DNA from: Setoptus koraiensis
Taxonomy: Eukaryota; Animalia; Arthropoda
NCBI GenBank assembly: GCA_048013815.1
Contig: CM106586.1
Location: 20,088,001-20,152,000, forward strand
Direction of reading: 5' to 3'
Length of the DNA: 64,000 nt
Part shown: positions 60,118-64,000 of the stretch, in pieces
How the letters are laid out: each line of letters starts with the position of its first letter
How positions within the stretch are numbered: position 1 is the stretch's first letter
Translations under genes and position numbers: made by a program
The notes under the pieces: generated by a model
The model's database searches: none
Told to the model about the DNA's origin: nothing
The model's input: only the letters and a program-made list of their open reading frames with translations

Positions 60118-61410
60118 CGGCGACAACGGCAGAGGCAACAACACCGACAGCGACACTAACTCAACTCGATCCGCTCGTTACCTGTTGTCGCTGGGCCGTG
60201 CCGTTGTTGTCGCCGGCCGTGCGCTGTTGTTGTCGTTGTCGTTGTTGTCGCTGTTGTTGCTGTCGTTGTCGCTGTTGTTGTGACAGTTGTCGGCCTGGCC
60301 ATTATGTGTGTTTAGTAGCGTAGCTGACAGTCATTAGGTCATTTTAATAACTGTGGCTCCCCCGTTTGCTTCCTCTTCCTTTCGCCATTTCCATTGTGCG
60401 CGCCACAGCCACTGAGCCTCGCACCGACTGAGCCTCGCACCGACTGAGCCAGCCAGCTAGCCAGTAAATAAGCCGCGGCACAACAAGACATAGCATGGGG
60501 CCCCCGTGAGTGTATGTGCGCTTTATTGATGGTTGTTCCATTTACTACTACCGCTGGCTTGGCTATTAAACATACATACACATTACGCTGTTATATAACG
60601 GTACATCATGATACTACGACGGCTACATGAATGTGTTAACGCACTGGCGGCCAGCCTCCAGTTGCGCAACCCGCTCGCTCGATAGCTTGGCCGAGCTGGC
60701 CAGCTAGCGAGTGATGCAATAAACTGTGTAACTGTACAGCAACAGCAGCAACAACAACAGCAACAACAACAGCAACAACAACAACAACAACAACGACAAC
60801 AACGACAACCGTTATATGTCTGACTGTTTGTAGTTACGTAACGTGTAACGTGTGTGTGTGTGCCAAGTGCAAGTGGCTAGCAGTGGCGAAACATTTGCAT
60901 TTTTTGCCCATTTCACCCGCTTGATTGATGAACAACTCGCCAGCGCAACAGCAGACATAACAAGCGAACAAACAAACACAAAAATGAGACACACACACAG
61001 CGGCGATGATTCCTCACCTGGCCGCCGCTCGGTCGCTACCTTTTGTTGCTGCTGTTGCTGCTGCTGCCGTTGTTATCGTTGTTGCTGCTCACCTTGGCCC
61101 CCTCTCTCTCTCTCTATCTTGCCAGCCTTTGGGTCATTTAATCCGGCTGGCTCTTTAAGTGGCGGCGCGCACAGCGCAAACGATTACATGATGCCCGCTA
61201 TCTTGTCTCTTGTTTGTGCCTGCGCCCCGGCGCCTATCAGTGTGTCTATCAGTGTGTCTATCGGTGTGTCGGGCGCCCCTCGAGTGTGCGGCGCAGTGCG
61301 CCAACCGCCGCCACATGTGCCAACAGCAACATGAATCAATTGCGCTGGCCGAAATTGCACACTGTGCGCGCGCCCATAATTCATACCAGGCCAGCACCGT
61401 TAGTCGACAC

Positions 61411-61478
61411 CGCCAGCCGAAACGACGCCAGCCGAAACGACGCCAGCCAACACGACGCCAGCCGAGACGCCGCCAGCC
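61411..61478. repeat. 15-bp tandem repeat ~x4 (CGCCAGCCGAAACGA)
   Basis: Two perfect and two degenerate units. Confidence 0.8.
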
Positions 61479-62115
61479 TAATCTATGGCAGCTCAGGTGA
61501 GGCCCAGTGACAGTTGCTTGGCAGCCGGTTGTTGCGTAACGCTGTCGTTGTGTCGTTTCGGCGTCGTAACGTTACGCCGCCGCCCTTATAAACGCTCGCT
61601 GGCCTGTCTACGGCAGCCCAAACTTTTATTAAAAGTCCTCCTCTAATTCACTTTGGGGGCAACTTTTAGATCGCAATTGTGGCGCCACCGTCCGCCATCT
61701 GCCCGTGCGCCCGTCGCCGCCGCCGCCGCTCATATTCGGGCCCCATATTGGCTCGCACTGGCGCCTCAAGTGACACTGACAATGCAAACAGTGTGCGCAA
61801 TGTTACAACGCGCGCAACAACCACCCCGGCGACGATTACGACAAGTGTGTCGCTCGCAAGTGTGACAAGTGTTTACAGAGGCGTAAAAAGGCGCCCCGCG
61901 CGCTCCTCCGAAATGCAGCTCGCGGCTACACACGGTACAAGGGTATAATTAGATGGGGGCGCACTAATCGAGCGCGGCACAGGTGGCGCTATTAGTCACT
62001 TCTGGTCTGTGCGGATAATTCGGCTCGCAGTGTGTGTCTGTGCGAGCAAGAATGTCAGCGACCAAATGTTGCAAACAAATTTTGTGTCGCATTCTTCGTT
62101 GTCGTTGCTGTTGCT

Positions 62116-62171
<56 letters not shown>

Positions 62172-62920
62172 CGTTGTTGTTGCTGCTGCTGCAGAGCGGC
62201 CCGTTAGTAACGGGCCGTTACAAATCGCCTAACTCACCTGATCAAATCGGGCGATATCAGCGCGTCAAACGGTTGCAGACGACGCAGCCGAATGATACAA
62301 GCTCGCACTCGGACTTACTTAGCCGCGACGACGACGCCGACAACAACAACAACAACGACATTAACGACACTGGGCCATTAGCCGAGCCACTGTCGGCACA
62401 TCCTCCCAATGCGGAAGTCGGGCACAACAATGAGCTAATCAAGTCTAACTGGTTCAGCACGCGCAACTTGCGCAACTTGTGCGCCGATCGCGATGTGGGC
62501 GACTTGTTACCCGCAAGCCGCGGCCAGCCCGTACCGCGGCCGCCGCCGCCGCCCGCCGCGCTACTTGTTACGGCCGCGTAATGGGCCCCACGGACGGGCC
62601 TAGGCGCCCCCATGGCCCGTGTGTAGTAACAGTTTGCGCGGGGGCGCTGTCGCTAAACTGGCTGCGCTGTTTATAATCACACACACACACACACAATGAG
62701 AGAAATATTTACCACTTGCAACAAACAACCAGAAGCGACAGATCAAATGATGACTTTGCCCGCTTAAATGGGCTTATCTTGGCCCCCCTTTGTTTGTTCT
62801 CTCGAGCCGGTGGCCTCGTTTGGGGCCGCTTTTCGCTGCACTGACTTTGTCTCGAGCTTATCAGTGTTTACACTGGCCACATTAGTGAAACAATCATTAG
62901 GCCAGCGGCGCAGCGGCGGG

Positions 62921-62978
62921 GCCAATTCTGGCCAATTCTGGCCAATTCTGGCCAATTCTGGCCAATTCTGGCCAATTC
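62921..62978. repeat. 10-bp tandem repeat x5.8 (GCCAATTCTG)
   Basis: Five perfect units plus GCCAATTC. Confidence 0.95.
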
Positions 62979-64000
62979 GTTCGAGCCAGCGAGCCGGCCA
63001 AAGTCGCCCGGCTGGCTGGTCAGTGCACTTTGGCCAGCGGGCCGGCGGCTCGGGCGGCCGTGGCCGCCGACCAGCAACAAACGATACGCGCCGATATGCA
63101 GTCAGCGTCTGGCCAGTTCGTTAGAGAGATAACGCTCTGCGGGGCGACCTCTTTGGGGTGCCCGCTCGCGGCACCGGCACCGGTTGTCCGTGTCTCGCTG
63201 TGCGGCCCGCTGCCAGCCGCACAGCGAGCACGGCCCAGAACTCAATTGAACATGAAGCCGCTGAGCAGCTAATTGATCCATCCATCGGGGCCCCTCTCTA
63301 TTTATGCTCGTGTTTTGCGTGCGCTCGTGATTTGCTCGTCAGTGCACATCAGTGCTCAATTTTCGCCCGGCTGGCCGGCCCGTCCGGCCCCATCGAGCCT
63401 GTGAGTCGGTGAGCAGTGCGCCGTTGCAGTGCGCGAGTCGCTATGTATCGCGCTCAAGCGCGCAATTATGGATCGCAATCGATCTTATCGAGTCCGTCCG
63501 TGGCTGCCAATGCACACTGAGTGCGCCCCATTCCCCCCCCCCAAACCAAGAGATAAAGTGGACGATTTCTGGTGCCTCCGGAGCGAGCGAATAAAATTAA
63601 TCTAGTCTATCTAGTCACGAGTGGCTGTTTTCAACTGGCGCCGATAGGTGCACAGCACGCGCCGCCAGACATCCGCAGCCAGCGATATGGCAGCCGGCGG
63701 GTAGATGGGACGTGGCACAGCTCGGTCGCGGAATGGGGCCCGCTCGGATACACGCGCTCGTGGCGGGCGGCCTGCAGCGGGTGTCGGCGCGCTGTGCGGC
63801 CCGTGCGCCGTTGGCAGCGTGCGACCCTATGCGCGCCAGGTCTCGGCAGCGCGCGCAGCGTCAATTTTCAATTTTCGATTCTCGATTCGCGGCTCTCGAT
63901 TCGCTGCAATTCGCCAATCGCAATTCTCCATTTCGCCCCCCAATCTGGCCGCTTTCTAGCGTGCTCTGCCTCTCCCCGCGTCTGGCATTCTTTATCCGCG

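Larger units (their letters stand above)
55600..64000. promoter_or_regulatory. Gene-free GC-rich upstream region of the LRR gene (putative cis-regulatory block)
   Basis: At least 8.4 kb with no credible ORF, directly 5' of the LRR gene, whereas intergenic gaps elsewhere in the window are 0.04-2.7 kb. Function is inferred. Confidence 0.45.

Noticed and set aside
55749-62978. Short direct-repeat arrays as CRISPR
   Set aside because: They are head-to-tail tandem units without unique spacers, in a eukaryotic context with no cas genes.
55600-64000. Dozens of overlapping 60-200 aa ORFs on both strands
   Set aside because: They are expected from high GC (few stops) and trinucleotide repeats. The products are Arg/Ala/Pro/Cys-rich or homopolymeric with no recognisable domain.

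Overview
This is eukaryotic, very compact animal genomic DNA with arthropod-type genes; the gene density and intron loss resemble a miniaturised mite genome such as an eriophyoid (inference, not verified). Bases 1-48,000 are AT-rich and gene-dense: about 24 mostly housekeeping protein-coding genes, one tRNA-Pro(TGG) and one 500-N gap. Recognisable genes include SAP30, METTL18-like, PPM1G, a chromo-shadow-only protein, RAD21, TAF6L-like, GBA, AMPK-gamma, AP1S, PPP4C, COX8-like, FBXO7-like, AIP, NBR1-like, NAA30, LASP, PRPS, POLR2D, a clip serine-protease homolog, WARS2 and SENP6/7-like. Many are intronless, and the 15 short coding introns I could place are all 88-128 nt. At 47.5 kb an IMMP2L-like gene stops at a GTAAGT donor, and no further exon is visible in the remaining 16 kb. 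Inside this apparent giant intron, on the opposite strand, is a 3-exon, ~2,288-aa LRRN-like transmembrane LRR gene, followed by an 8.4-kb GC-rich, repeat-rich, gene-free upstream region. This mirrors vertebrate LRRN3 nested in IMMP2L intron 3, apparently at the same intron position and phase, and is the main finding. No transposase, rRNA or CRISPR array was seen. All homology calls come from motif recall, not database searches.
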